Both the position numbers and the translations under genes were made by a program. Positions 1-12,017 of a stretch of 40,338 nucleotides of DNA are shown here, piece by piece. The DNA comes from Vicugna vicugna. Lineage: Eukaryota. Location of the stretch: contig MU058636.1 of NCBI GenBank assembly GCA_013265495.1, forward strand, positions 3,955,967 through 3,996,304, in the 5' to 3' direction. Numbering within the stretch: the stretch's first letter is position 1; every line of letters begins with the position of its first letter. The notes beneath the pieces were generated by a model. That model ran no database searches. It saw only the letters and a program-made list of their open reading frames with translations, and had not been told where the DNA came from.

Positions 1-62
1 TATACAACATAAAATGTATCACTTCAGCCATTTTTAAGTGTACAGTTGTGGCATTAAGTACT
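1..62 (-). mobile_element. L1 (L1MA/L1MB-type) 3' end fragment
   Basis: acataaaatgtatc...ccatttttaagtgtacagtt..ggcattaagta is the typical antisense L1M 3' terminus. Same motif occurs at ~10330. Confidence 0.65.
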
Positions 63-99
63 CAAAGTTTTCTAAAATTTACTTTTAATTTTAGGGGGA

Positions 100-240
100 G
101 GTGCAGATGATGAGCTGAGTTTGGACAAGTTGAGTTTGGGGTACATGCAAGATGCTCAGGTGCCCTGTCTGGTGGGGAGTTAGAGCTGTGGGTCTAGAGC
201 TCAGAGGAGAGGTTGGCTGGAGAGAGATCTGGGGGCAATT
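100..240 (-). mobile_element. LINE-2 fragment
   Basis: gagtttggacaagttgagttt...gggtctagagctcagaggagaggttggctggaga is characteristic of antisense L2. Confidence 0.6.
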
Positions 241-744
241 TGAGTTTGTTGTTGTTGTTGTTTTTTAAGAAGAGATTGACAAAATAAACTTATTTAAGCT
301 TTTACTCAAAATGTGCTCTGAAATTTGGTAGATGTTGGGGAAATAAACAGTCTTTATCTGTAAAACTCATACAGTGTAGAGCTGCAGGCTAGACACACAC
401 ACAAAAAAGAGTTAAAGTGTCATCAAATTCGGTTTGGAATGCATCTCAAGCACAGCAATGCCAGTCTCTCCTGGGGATACGACCGACTTTCACTCCTAAA
501 GGAGTCTTTTATGATCTGCAAAGGTGGTATGTTTTGGTTCACATCATTGCTTCCCACAAGAAGCTCAAGGCTTCTTACACAGCACGCTGAATTTATCTTC
601 TCCGGACCCTTGAGGGTGGATATGCAGGGGCCTGTTCTTCGTTTATGAGATGAAGGAGGCAAAGGAAGATAAATGGTGAGAAAAGCCCATCCCGTCTGCC
701 TGAGTCTTGCTTTCTGTCCATCCCAGTGTGCGTCAGACTTCACA

Positions 745-912
745 CACGGAAACACCTCAGGGTCTTAAAGAGGCCCCTTTGTTAAAATGCAGATTCCCGG
801 GTTCAGGCTCCAGATTTTTCTGATTCAAGAGGTGGGTGATGAGGCCTGTGGATTTGCATTTTTAAAAAGGCGCCACATGAGTTGTATGTGCCGGCAGGTG
901 CAGAGCCCTGCG
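745..912. mobile_element. MER5-like hAT-Charlie DNA transposon remnant
   Basis: Internal inverted pair gttaaaatgcagattcc (781) and gatttgcatttttaa (851) with ctgattca spacer, the hallmark of MER5A. Confidence 0.75.
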
Positions 913-1689
913 TGGGCTGCCCTTGCCTGGGGTCAGCGGGGCCGATGACTGACGATTCCCTGCTCATCTGTAGAAGGTAAAGATGATTGCCGGTTGCTTG
1001 GTCTTTAAATTGAGTAAGGCGCTGTTTTCGGGAGAGCAAAGTGTGGAATGGAGGCCTGACACTCAGCAATCAGGTGTTTTGTCTCCTTTGGGAAGGAACC
1101 AGAAACCCCAGAATTCAGACTGAGAAGTCTCTTTCTGATTCCAGCATCGTTTAGCAGATTTACAAATGCTACTGGAGGGACAGCATGAGTCTCAAAAGCT
1201 AAAGCAGTGGGTTGTTAGAGCAAAGATTTTTGGACAATAGACAAGTAAGCTCTTGAAGGCATTGGCACATCTCAGACTGTGGGCACCATGGATTCAGTGG
1301 CACTGACAGGGGTGCTTTTTAGGACCCACTCTGTCTTACAAAATTAAGTTACCCAAGAGTCAAGCAGAAGTGTGCTCTTACAGATTAGCCAGACAGCTAG
1401 CTGCTGAATATGCGTTAGCAACGTAAAGGCCTTGTGTGGAGCGCAGCTTTCCTGGTGTCTGAGTGAGTGCCTCTCGGAGCTCCTCAGCGTGCTGGGGAGT
1501 AGGCTGTGCGGCCAGGACTCCTCTGCCCCTTACCCACGGCTCAGCCTCTGGAACATGTGCATTTCTCTCAAAACTCTGAGTTGGAATTTTCTAGTTTTCA
1601 GACCCTGACTGACATGGGTTTTCATATCTTCTGTTTAAATGAGATATGAATCAAAGAAGCAAAAGATCTTTTCCTTCCTAAAATATATG

Positions 1690-2013
1690 GTCCGTGCCCA
1701 GGTCACCCCCCTCCAGGTGTCCATGCCTAGATCACAGACCCCAGGTGTCCCTGCCCAGGTCACACCCCCCAGGTGTCCCTGCTCTGGGCACACCCCCAGG
1801 TGTCCCTGCTCAGGTCACACCCCCCAGGTGTCCCTGCCCAGGTCACACCCCCCAGGTGTCCCTGCTCTGGGCACACCCCCAGGTGTCCCTGCTCAGGTCA
1901 CACCCCCAGGTGTCCCTGCCCAGGTCACACCCCCCAGGTGTCCGTGCCCAGGTCACACCCCCAGGTGTCCCTGCTCCGGGCACACCCCCAGGTGTCCCTG
2001 CCCAGGTCACACC
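1690..2013. repeat. GC-rich minisatellite (VNTR), ~11-12 copies of a 27-28 bp unit CAGGTGTCCCTGCCCAGGTCACACCCC(C)
   Basis: Tandem units are directly visible, with variants GCCCAGGT, GCTCTGGG and GCTCAGGT in the unit centre. Confidence 0.95.
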
Positions 2014-2289
2014 GGACTGTTTAATGTGCTTTGTGTGCAGAAGCCTGTTTCCAGGCCTTCTCCTCTTGCACTTGAAGTCTCTGCTGCCTGGGGTTTACGT
2101 CCCCGAGCACCGAGGCGAGCTTGCTGCAGGCAGCGCCCCGCGCTCTGGCGGCCTCGCTTCCCCGCTGCCCTGCCAGTGCGATGCCCTCTCTCCCCGCGGG
2201 GGCTCCCTCGGTGGTGCCTTTAGAACGGCTGCCTTCAGAGGGCGCCCATCGGCACTTGGTTGCTGACTGAGGGGCTTGGCAAGTTAGAC

Positions 2290-2400
2290 CATTAGCTCCT
2301 TGGGGAGTTGCTCATTCATCGTCTGCCCGGCTCCTAGCCGAATGCAGGGCACATATCACATGCAGCCGCTCTTTGATTTTCTGTTGAACAAAACGAAAGT
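2290..2400 (+). mobile_element. LINE-2 3' end fragment
   Basis: agctccttgggg...cctagccgaatgcagggcacat...tgttgaacaaaacgaa resembles the L2 terminus. Confidence 0.45.
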
Positions 2401-4008
2401 ATAAATTAATAAAAGTAATGACAATTGCTGCTCACACCCAGAGCCCCTCGCATGTGCCAGGCCCCATCCTGGGCCTGTTACAGGGGCTCAACCATTAGCT
2501 CCTCAGCCGCCTGAGCTGGTCTGTCCTTCTGTTCTCAGCCCTGCGAACTGAAGTGCCCTCCATCCGTGGTTGAGTGGCATCTCCCCTCCTTCATGACCGC
2601 AGCTCTGGGGACAGTGGATTTGTCCGAGGAGGACAAGGGAAGGCCTGTCACTGGGCCAGCATGTTTGTTTCTGTTCCCTCTGCTGCCAGGGATTATCTTC
2701 AAAGCAGGTCTTTGGAACCAAGTAAATTGGCTGCAGGCTATGCATCCTGGAGCTTAAGGCCCCTTCGGAGGACCTGGAATTAAACCTGGAAGCTCCAGGG
2801 AGCAGGAGCTGCTGGGGAGGAGCTGTGCAGGCCGTGGGAGGTGGGGGGGACCTGTTAAGGAAAGTAGGTCACAGCAAAGAACCCGGGCCCCAGGTGCTCC
2901 CTCCCACTGTGCCCGGGAAGAGCCCTGAGCCTGGAGGGGGGCACTGGCCGCAGGCTCCCGGGTGCTGTGAGCTCTGTCCTGGATGGCAGGGCTGCCCTCC
3001 CTCTGCTTCCTCCTCCCGGCCTGTGTGCGGGACACACGCCCGCCCGACCCACGGTGACGGCTGGTTTGCTCCACCAGCATCTCCGCGACCCCCTCCTGAG
3101 CCTTTGGTATCCGCTGAGCCCTCTCGGAGCACTTGCTGCCTCATCTCACTCAGCCCTGGCGGCACCCCCTGGGGGGTTATTTAGCGTCTTACTGGTTTTG
3201 TTTTTTGGTATTTAATTCAGTTTCTATGATAGATGTTACTGGAGGAGTTTGGGAGGAATAAAACAGGAGAATCAGTCACCTTTCCTGCCTGGGCCGGTCC
3301 CTGGTCCCTCCCCGGAACAGAAGACAGCTGATTAGTGCTGCTTAAATGCATTGCAATTAATTTCTCTCCTGTTTTCTCACACTCCAGGGCTTGGGCTGGT
3401 CGATAAATCTTGGGCCCAGGTTAGCTGTAAAATTTGATTTATCTTTCAGGATAGATGTGCTAACACATTAGTTGGCTTGAATTACTTAAACTTATCATGA
3501 GAAGAGTCTTATTTCTATTGTCCGCTCTGATTTGCACTTTAAATATAGTTCCCTGTAGCAATTCACAGGGATTCATGTTGAAAATAGAAAAGGGGAAATT
3601 ACTTTTAAACAGCAGTTTGGCATATAAGAGCTGATTTACCTTGGAATATTTCTCCAACTGCACATTAAGGCCGAGCTTTCAAGAATATTTTTCCCCCCAC
3701 TGAATCTAGAAATTAATAGCAAGTCATACAGTACACCCTGAGCCCCAGGTGGCCCCTCCCCGTGGCGGGGGGCAGGTCTCACTCCCTCTCCGGCCTCCCT
3801 CCCTCCTGCTGGGTGAAATGTCCGTGCTGTGCTCTTGTTAGGGCTGTTGAAGGTGACATGTAATTTCTTACTTTACTTGCTGATTTTTCTCACTTTCCTC
3901 TTCTACTATAATGCACCATTTTGCCTTCATTTCCACGAACTGCATAAGCTGGGATTTTGTTGGTAGGAGTTCTGTAAATGATTCATTATTTTAAGGTTGA
4001 ATTTATCA

Positions 4009-4141
4009 GGGTAGAGAGGGTATAGCTCAAGTGGTAGAGCGCATGCTTAGCATGCACGAGGTGCCAGGTTCAATCCCCAGTACCTCCTCCAGAAATAAAG
4101 AAAGAAACCTAATTATCACCCTTCGGCCCGCCCCTCCCCCA
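4009..4141 (+). mobile_element. tRNA-Ala(AGC)-derived SINE, camelid Vic-1 type
   Basis: Head gggtatagctcaagtggtagagcgcatgcttAGCatgcacgaggtgccaggttcaatccccagtacctcc has A and B boxes, followed by an aaataaagaaagaaacctaatta tail. Degenerate TSD aaggttgaatttatca (3993-4008) / aaggattggatttgtca (4142-4158). Confidence 0.88.
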
Positions 4142-5432
4142 AAGGATTGGATTTGTCAATAGTATAGCATATTGTTCAAAATGCACTTGGTTCCTTGATG
4201 ATTTATTTTGTTTTATTTAGATTATGGAAATACAGAGCTAAAACCAACTAGTATTTTTTTAGATATTCATCTAATGGGAATTGTCTTGCCATATTATGAT
4301 TTGCTCTTATGCTTGAAAGGACCTCTGATGGCTTTTTTATGTTATTGCTTTACATTTTATATAATTTATTTCTCTCACGGGGAAAAGGTCTTAATTTCAC
4401 AGCAGAATGATGGGGAGAAATAAATTTTATTTCTTTTTTTTTTAAAGGATATTTAAACTCTAGGCAAGTTTATTTTTGGAGACAACTAAAATCTGATTTC
4501 CCTTAAGCCTTGTCTGAATAAGAGTACGGTGTCTCTGTTCCATGAAGACAGCGGGGTTTGTGGAATTTACTTGACTTGTGGGAAACATCTTCCCTCTGTG
4601 TAGTTCCTGCTTTACACAGTAACACTGTCAAATAATATTAGCTGCTTATTTTTGAAAGCTGATGCATTTGTAGTACTTAGAACTAATACCAGCTAAAGAC
4701 ACCTTCCTTCAGTATAGAGCCTCTGTTTGGAAGGGCCTGGGGCTTTTGTGTGGACATACTTTTATTTTTCACATGGCCAACTGATCTTGCCAAAAAGTGA
4801 GGTTAAGAGTAAATGCTGGGTATTAGCTGATAAGTCACTGAACATATTAAATTGGGAGGGTTATTTTTCTTGATAAAGGAGGAAATTCTAACCCAGAGAG
4901 CTTTGACTGTCCATGTTTGGAATTAGGCAGTGGTGGGTTGGGGCAGATAGACTTTTGAGTCTCAAGTCCTATATTAGATTGACCACAGTTTTTAGATCCT
5001 GCAAGTTATTGGAATGTTCTGTTTTCTGGAATTCTGTAGTGCTGATCAGTGTTAACATGCTGCAACCTCCCTATATGATGTTTATTAATAATTCTATTTT
5101 TAAGATCTTGTTGAGGGTTTTAAATGTATACACTAGCTTGGAGATAAATAAAACAATATCGAAAGATTAAATACCCAGAAGGAGAATTTAAATGATGTTT
5201 GAAGTTAAATCCGTCCTCTCTTCTTGGGACTTGGTAAATGATTGGACTTTGCATTTGCCTTGGGGTGTGTGTGTGTGTGCTATGCATGCACGTGTGTGTA
5301 AAAAGTGAGAAAGCAGATCAGATCCTAGTGAACATAAACTGAGTGGGGTGCTAAACTTCAGTCTACTGGGTTGGCGATGTTGAGTGTAAGGAGGGGACAG
5401 CCCTTCAGTGATGGATTGGAGACGAGCTCACT

Positions 5433-5650
5433 CCATTCATTCATTCATTCAATAAATGTTTATTGAGCTGCTTCTGATTTTGGGGCAACCAGTAAATAAA
5501 ACCACACTCCTGCCTTCACGGAGCTTGCGCTAAACTAAGATAAGCAATAAACACGTGAACGTGTATTGTGTCAGCAGCAGGAGGTGCTCTGAAGGAACAT
5601 AAAGCAGAGCAGAGGGTCGGAGGGTGGCGGTGGGGATTCACTCAGGGAGC
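5433..5650 (-). mobile_element. LINE-2 3' end
   Basis: cattcattcattcattcaataaatgtttattgag...cctgccttcacggagctt is the reverse complement of the L2 (aatg)n terminus. Confidence 0.75.
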
Positions 5651-6800
5651 CTCGTGTAGCACCTGCTGGGATCGAGGTTCACATAGAGGCTCATTCGGCT
5701 TCCGTTTGGATTTTACCCGCCTTCCGAAATATCATCCTGGAAGTGGAATTGATTCACCCTTGTTAGTCATTTGCTTCTTAGTGTGACTCTGTTTTAGGTT
5801 ATTTCCTTCGAGCAGATGTTAATGGAGAGGGAACTTGAGGCGGGGGCCGTCTCCTCCTCTGTTCCCTGGGAGCCCCGGCACTGACGCTCCCTCTGCTGTG
5901 TTACCACTGCCGGAATCACCTGTCCAGCCCTTTCAGCACCTTTTTGCTCTAAGGCATTGCACGTCTTCTCCTGGGAACACTAACTGGAGAAAGCAAACTC
6001 TGAAACGCTTTCCTTTTAGCCCTTCAGGGGAAATGCACTGTAAAATTAAGCTTTTTTTTTTTTTTTTTGGTCTGGTTACCCTTCCTGTTTCATTTATCAT
6101 TTTGCTTTATATTTTCAAAATGTTACCATCAGGTTATTATTATTATTTTTAATGTAGAGCCTAGTTTTGTCTCTAGGGATGTTTTTGCCTGTTTATGGGC
6201 TCCGACTCAAAACATGAAATCATTCTGAGCAGGGGATGGTCCTAACTCCTCCGGCTCCCCTGGCCCTGTGGCTTTAGTAGGGATCTCTTATCTCTCCCCT
6301 GCGAGCTGGGAGCAGTATCTGCACCGCACTGCAGACCCCGCACCCACAACCCCCGAGGTGGAAAACTTGCCCCAGGTTTAGCTCTGTTGCCCGCCAGGCT
6401 CTGGCACGAATGAGAGGGTGGGAATCTGTGCTTCTTCTTGCCGGATTCTCAGGAATTCCTCTTTGCTTAAGAAGGTACCAGAATCAAGGTTTCTGAGAAG
6501 TCGTATGTTTGTATGCGTCTGTCCTGTGGTTTATAATTATAGATAATTCCTTTGCTGTCCATTTTCCTTAGCTTGGTAGCCCAAGCATGTTGGCCTCACA
6601 CTGATGGATAATCTTAGGTCCGGAGGTAAAGGCGGCCTGGGCACCAGCTTGCAGCAGTGCCACTGCTTTCAAAAATGAGCAAAACGAATCTTGTTAAAGT
6701 ATTTTTTTTCCTCATTTTAAGGAAAACCGTTTAATGTGAGAATGAATCTTAATTGTTAATTTTAATGTAGAAATGTTTCTTTCTTTTTGTTTTTTTCCAG

Positions 6801-6850
6801 CTTTTGCTTTGGTTTCTGAAGATATAAAGAAAGAGGTCAAGCAGTCTAAG
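6801..6850 (+). CDS. B3GLCT: B3GLCT exon 2 (50 nt), (A)FALVSEDIKKEVKQSK
   Basis: Acceptor ttttttccag|, donor AAG|gtacaa. Resembles human AFGLASEDTKKEVKQSQ. Ends in phase 0. Confidence 0.92.
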
Positions 6851-7839
6851 GTACAAGTCTAATGATCAAATCCATTCTTCCTATGTGAGATTTGTTTGTA
6901 TTTTCTTTAATGGGAGCGGCAATGATTTCATGTTTCCATAGTTACCAGATTTCTTTTTTTTAAATGAATCATTGGTCAATGTAGATTTTGAATCCACGGC
7001 AGCAATCCACAAATAGGCTTGCTTAAAAAAGCCCTTTAATAGTTAAGGCAGATCCACTAGGCTTTCAATTCCATTTTCAGAGAAAAGGTGCTTTGGTATG
7101 GAGCTAGACATTTTAGCAGTCTTGCCTGGATACCATAGTCTTCTCCAGTCTTTCACAACTTAACCTTGGGCTGTTCCTCACCTTGAAGGTGGCACCATGT
7201 TGAGAGGACATCCTGGGAACCGGCCTGGAGACCCCTAAAGGTGGCTGTCAGGCTCCTTGCACAGTCAGAACCAGAAACTGAGACCTGGGGACCGACGGAG
7301 AGGGGACAACACTTACCCAAATCTCAGAGCTGTCCCTTCTTGATCATTGGTTGCATTCAAGAACTGCGTCTAAATTTTGCCATTTGGGGTTGCATTAGAT
7401 CAGTTTGGCACATGAGAAAGAGAAACAATATTTTAAACATATGAGCTGTTTTCTGTCATATTAATTAAGGCTCAGTTGACTGTATTTTTTCCCACATAAT
7501 TGGTATAAAAGCATTTTTAAATGGAATGTTTCTTTTTTCAGCGGAGTGTGATCTGTTCTAACTACACCGTGGGATTCCTGCGCTAGGGAAATGATGATAA
7601 TAATTCCTTACGGCTTTAAGAGTCTTTGTGGTTGGTTAATGAAGCCTTTTCAGACATTTCATTTAATTTGATTTTCTGAATGATCGTGTTATTGCTAAGC
7701 AAAGCAGATATTCCCACATATAGCAGAAAACATTTACCCTCAGAGAAGTTAAGTAATTTGATTGAGGTCGAAAGGTGAAGTCAGAATCCAAATTTTCCAA
7801 ATACTTGAATTTTTCACACTGTGATTTTATAGTACATAG

Positions 7840-7840
<1 letters not shown>

Positions 7841-7876
<36 letters not shown>
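7841..7876. repeat. (TG)18 microsatellite
   Basis: Perfect dinucleotide run. Confidence 0.97.
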
Positions 7877-7879
<3 letters not shown>

Positions 7880-9029
7880 TTGGCAATAATGAGGCTCATT
7901 TATAATGAATTTAGGGTTATTAATGGGGAATTAATATTTTGTGTGGTGAATTTAGAAATTAGAGCACCTACTTTCAAATATAGGTTTTAAATAATCTTTT
8001 CAAAAGAAGAAATACATATATTCTTTGCCTCAAATACATATATAAATATAAATAGAGGTAGGTAAGGTGAGTCCTGTATCTTAGTGTCATTTTTCACACA
8101 CAGATATTAAAGCCCTTGAAAAATGTCATTAACCCCATCTGTGCTTAGGTCACAGAACCAACAAGCCATTCAGCCCATGAGGAGAGGCAGTGATGAAGTG
8201 TCCCCTGTAGCCCATCCCAAGACTGGGCGATGAAGAAGCGGTTTGTCCAGTGTTGTCCAACATCTGTGCAGTCTGGAGTTCTCCAGAACTCGGGCAGCCC
8301 TGCCCAGGGCAGGTCCTTCCCCAGACAGTGGTCAGACACGCTGGTTGGCCTCTGGTGGCTTTGCGCCCAAATCCTGAGAGCTGCCCGTGCCCTGCCGTCC
8401 TGCCTGGGGCCTGAGCTCTGGGCCAGGCTCCTCTTCTGGGCACCTGGCCCTGGGACTGCCCAGATTCTGAGCTGCCCGGGCTTTCAGGGGAGCCTGCCCT
8501 CTCAGGCTGGCGCTCAGGCTCTGGGTGCTGCCTCAGCCAAGCCCCATACCTGTCCTCAGCCTGCAGGTTTGCCTGGCCTCACACCCTGTGGTAGCTTGAG
8601 TTACTGGGTCCTGAGTGACGTAGGCTGAGAGCTGAACCCTGGGGCCAGGCGGCGGTGTTCACAGCCCTTCCCGACTCTGACCCCCTGCAGGAGTCCCAGA
8701 ACCTCGCTGTGCTCAGCCTCCTCGTCCGTCTGGACGATGAGGTGATGGGACCTCCCTCAGAAAGCTCTTTTGCAGATTAAGTGTGTGTGTTGTGTTGTGT
8801 GTCCACCACTTAGAGCAGTGCGGGTCCCTATTTAAATGTCTACTAGATATGACAACAAGAAGTGTCTTATGCAGTTTTGGGAGGAACCTACATAAATCAA
8901 AGTGAAAAGAGGAGCCATAGACCTTACTACTTCTATCAGTTAAGTTTCTTCCGTGGCGGTCGCGGGCCTCACGTGACACGGGTGATGCGGATGACTGTTT
9001 AAAGGGAGCAGGAGCACACGATTGAGCAT

Positions 9030-9175
9030 TTGCTTTGGGCAGACATGATACTGTCTAACTGAACCTTCACAGCAACCCTGTGCAGTAGGTCTTGTAATTA
9101 TGATTCCAGTTTTCCCGAACCTGAGGCCTGAGCTAGTGAGTGGTGGAGGCAGAATTAGAACACGGGACCAGCTTG
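9030..9175 (-). mobile_element. MIR SINE fragment
   Basis: ccttcacagcaaccctgtgcagtagg...ctagtgagtggtggaggcagaattagaac matches antisense MIR. Confidence 0.65.
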
Positions 9176-10139
9176 CAGCTGAGTGCGCTGGCGGACGCGT
9201 CTGATGAGTTCATTTCATCCAAAATGTGGGCGGGGGGCGGGGCAGGGGGCTGTTTGCAACCTGGTAGAAGATGCCATTTTACTTCTCTTTCTTCTTAAAA
9301 CATTTCATAGCAAATTCTTCTGAGCTTGTTTTATCTTCTTTTGGTGAAGGATGTACACACTGGGCATCACATGTACGGATTGCAAGTGTTCAACTCTATT
9401 GTGCCTTAAAAATAAAACCTGCACGGAAGGGTGGCTTGGACCTGTCTGTTCCCAGTGAGGGTGGGAGCTGTCTGTGGGGAGCTGCACTTGTAGCACATCT
9501 GTCTCTCTCCTCTCTGAGTAGCAATTCCATTGACTTAGAAACCTTTGACAGAGCACATTTTGATTGATATTGATTGTGTCAGAAACATGGGGAAGCAGAG
9601 ATAATAAAACAAACCATGTGTTTCTGTCTTCTTTAGGAAGAACTAAACCTTTTCACAAGGGAAGCTGGAGACAATTTAAAATGTTCTGTCAATTCGTTCA
9701 TTTGGTCTAATTTTCTTTCTCAAAGGGGAGATTACTGAAGACCATTTTTGGTTCTGTTTCAATTCACCTAATGCAGCTGTTCCTTGGATGTTTCATTTTT
9801 ACAGTTTACAAATTGAGCCGTTTGAAATGGCTAATCATTTCCTAGCTCAAAATTGTGTCAGGCAGTCGGAGCCGCAGTGCTTAATAACAAACAGACAGCC
9901 ATGTCATTTCGGCTGATCGTCTTTGTTTTCACAAAGGCATGTGGTAGAAAGTCCGGTTCCTGTTCTAAGCTTAAGTTAGTCTGGACGCGTTGAGTTCAGG
10001 GTTTTTTTTATATTCAGCTTCTGGGTGAAGGTGACTTTTGTGGCAGGTGTTACTTTGAGCTTACTCTCCAAGTACGTTTCCATCTAATGAGGCATGTCGT
10101 CCGAAGCAGGCCTCTGCAGTAGCACTGGGCATGCAACGT

Positions 10140-10298
10140 CCAGCAGTGTAAGGAAGGAACCCCGGAAGGCTCACAGACCTGGATTTTAATCCTGCTTCTG
10201 TGGCCGGAGTGACTCGTGGACACTGGGCAAATCCTGTATCTTTTCTGAGCCTCCCTTGTCTTATTTGCAAAAGGCGAGTGTTGGATTGAATCATCTCC
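10140..10298 (+). mobile_element. MIR SINE fragment
   Basis: cagacctggattttaatcctgcttctg...ctgggcaaatc...tctgagcctc...ttatttgcaaaa matches the MIR core. Confidence 0.65.
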
Positions 10299-10304
10299 CA
10301 TGCT

Positions 10305-10708
10305 ATTTTTAAAAATTGTAAAATATACATAACATAAAATTGACCATTTTAGCCATTTTTAAGTGCACAATTCAGTACCGTTAAGTATATTCATACTGTT
10401 GAGCAAGCAGTCTCCAGAACACTTTTCACCCCACGAGACTGAAGCTCTGTCTCCGTTAAACCGCAACTCTCCCTTCCCCTCCCCCAGCCCCGGCCTGCAC
10501 CATCCTGCTTTCTCTCTAGGAATTTGGTGACTCTAGGCTGTCACTTAAGTGGAGTCATACAGTGTCTGTCATTTTATAACTGGCTTCTTTCACTGAGCAT
10601 AACGTCTTCCAGGTTCATCCATGGTGTTGCATGTATCAGAATTTCCTTCCTATTTCAGGCTGAATAATATACCACTGTATGGAGGGACCACATTTTAAAA
10701 ATCCATTC
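10305..10708 (-). mobile_element. L1MB-type LINE-1 3' end
   Basis: acataacataaaattgaccattttagccatttttaagtgcacaattcag...tggcttctttcactgagcataa...aggttcatccatg...ggctgaataatataccactg...ccacatttt. Confidence 0.88.
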
Positions 10709-12017
10709 CAGGACTATTTTTAGATCTAAAATTTCCAGTTTTCCACGATCCTCATCTGGTGGCCACCAAAGCCATGGCCTCTCTGCTGCAGGCTGACGGG
10801 GACACCGAGGGCACCTTCCCCGGCTAGAGCGGCAGTCAGTCCCCACGTGCTCACTTCGGTGACAGCTTGGCTTTGCTTCAGGTCACGTGGACAGGTGGCT
10901 TGGGCTGTTCAGTCTTTTTTAGTGGCTCTTCCAAAAAGTGTGTGTTTTTATCTGGGTTAAGTAGGGTCACTTGATCCTGAGGTGGAGATCAGGACGCGAC
11001 TGTGAGGTCCCTCTTGACCCGGTGGTATTTCTGTTCTTGAGATAAAGATAACTTCAGAAAATGCCACCAAAGGTGGCCACTGCGCTGTGTTTCTCTCTGC
11101 ACGCCGTTGGCACAGCCCTGCTGGCATCCTTAGAGGACGTGTCTCTGCAGCTGCGTCTTGGCTTTTAAGCTGTTCCAGTTTTGTTGATAGAGGCTCACAA
11201 CTGCATTTCTTGTTGCAGTCTGTGCGGAAAACTGGAGGATATTTGCCACCATCCAATTGTCGTAATTATAGCGTATGGTGGTTGAAAATGGAAGGGGGCA
11301 ATTAGAGAGAAAATCTCTCTGCCAGAGAAGACAATGCAAGTGGCAGATTCCGCACTGACACTGTGTGCTTTGTCGGAGGGGTCCCTGAAGAGCCCCTCCC
11401 TCGACTTACCCGGGATCAGGATCAGGGGTTCCTGTGCCCACATCCGGGTTTCTGTGCCTGGAGCTCTGCAGCTCTAAGACACGCGCCTCTGTGCTGGTGA
11501 GATCTCGTTCACCCCGGGCTGACCGCCTCTGGGGCCCTGCTCTGGCTCCCAGGGAGACGGCATCACAGTAACATTCTCGAGGACGGCATGTCTGAGCCTC
11601 CAAGATGGGAAACACAGTAGTGAGCGGAGCCCCACGAGGACCACGCAGCCAGGGCTGGCGCGACCTCTGATGTGTCTGCCGTGCTTGGCGTTTACGGGGT
11701 TTTTAAGCCAACCCTCCCCCAAACACTGTGAGCCATTTACACTGGAGGAAGGAGCCTCAGCTCAATTCAGTGACTTGCCCAAGATCACAGAAGAGAGGCC
11801 CCATCAGAACCTTACGTTGTGATACAGAAGTGCATCGTTGCTGCCTTTTCTCCTTTAATTTTGGTCTGTTTCTTTAGGGAAGCCTTTCTAAGCTCTCATT
11901 TTCAGTGTCTCCCCTGCAAATGTTAACATGTACCATACATATCTATTTATACATAGATGTATTGCTAGTTTTGTTACGTGACGAGACTGATCTTTTTCTC
12001 TTTTATTTAAAATACAG

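Noticed and set aside
1690..2013. CRISPR-like appearance of ~28 bp repeats
   Set aside because: Units are head-to-tail with no unique spacers, there are no cas genes, and the context is mammalian.
1639..2266. Long ORFs (194 and 190 aa) with Cys/Pro repeats such as PRCPCSGHT
   Set aside because: Produced by the stop-poor VNTR; open in several frames, with no homology or exon evidence.
4017..4088. tRNA-Ala(AGC) gene
   Set aside because: Imperfect stems, a SINE-type tail, a TSD and no oligo-T terminator directly after the tRNA-like part indicate a SINE.
9201..9208. CTGATGAG hammerhead ribozyme core
   Set aside because: No stem II followed by GAAA downstream, so the catalytic core cannot be completed.
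10750..10768. Partial reverse-strand CTCF motif (TGGCCACCAGATGAGG)
   Set aside because: Lacks the GGC at the 3' part of the core; too weak to call.
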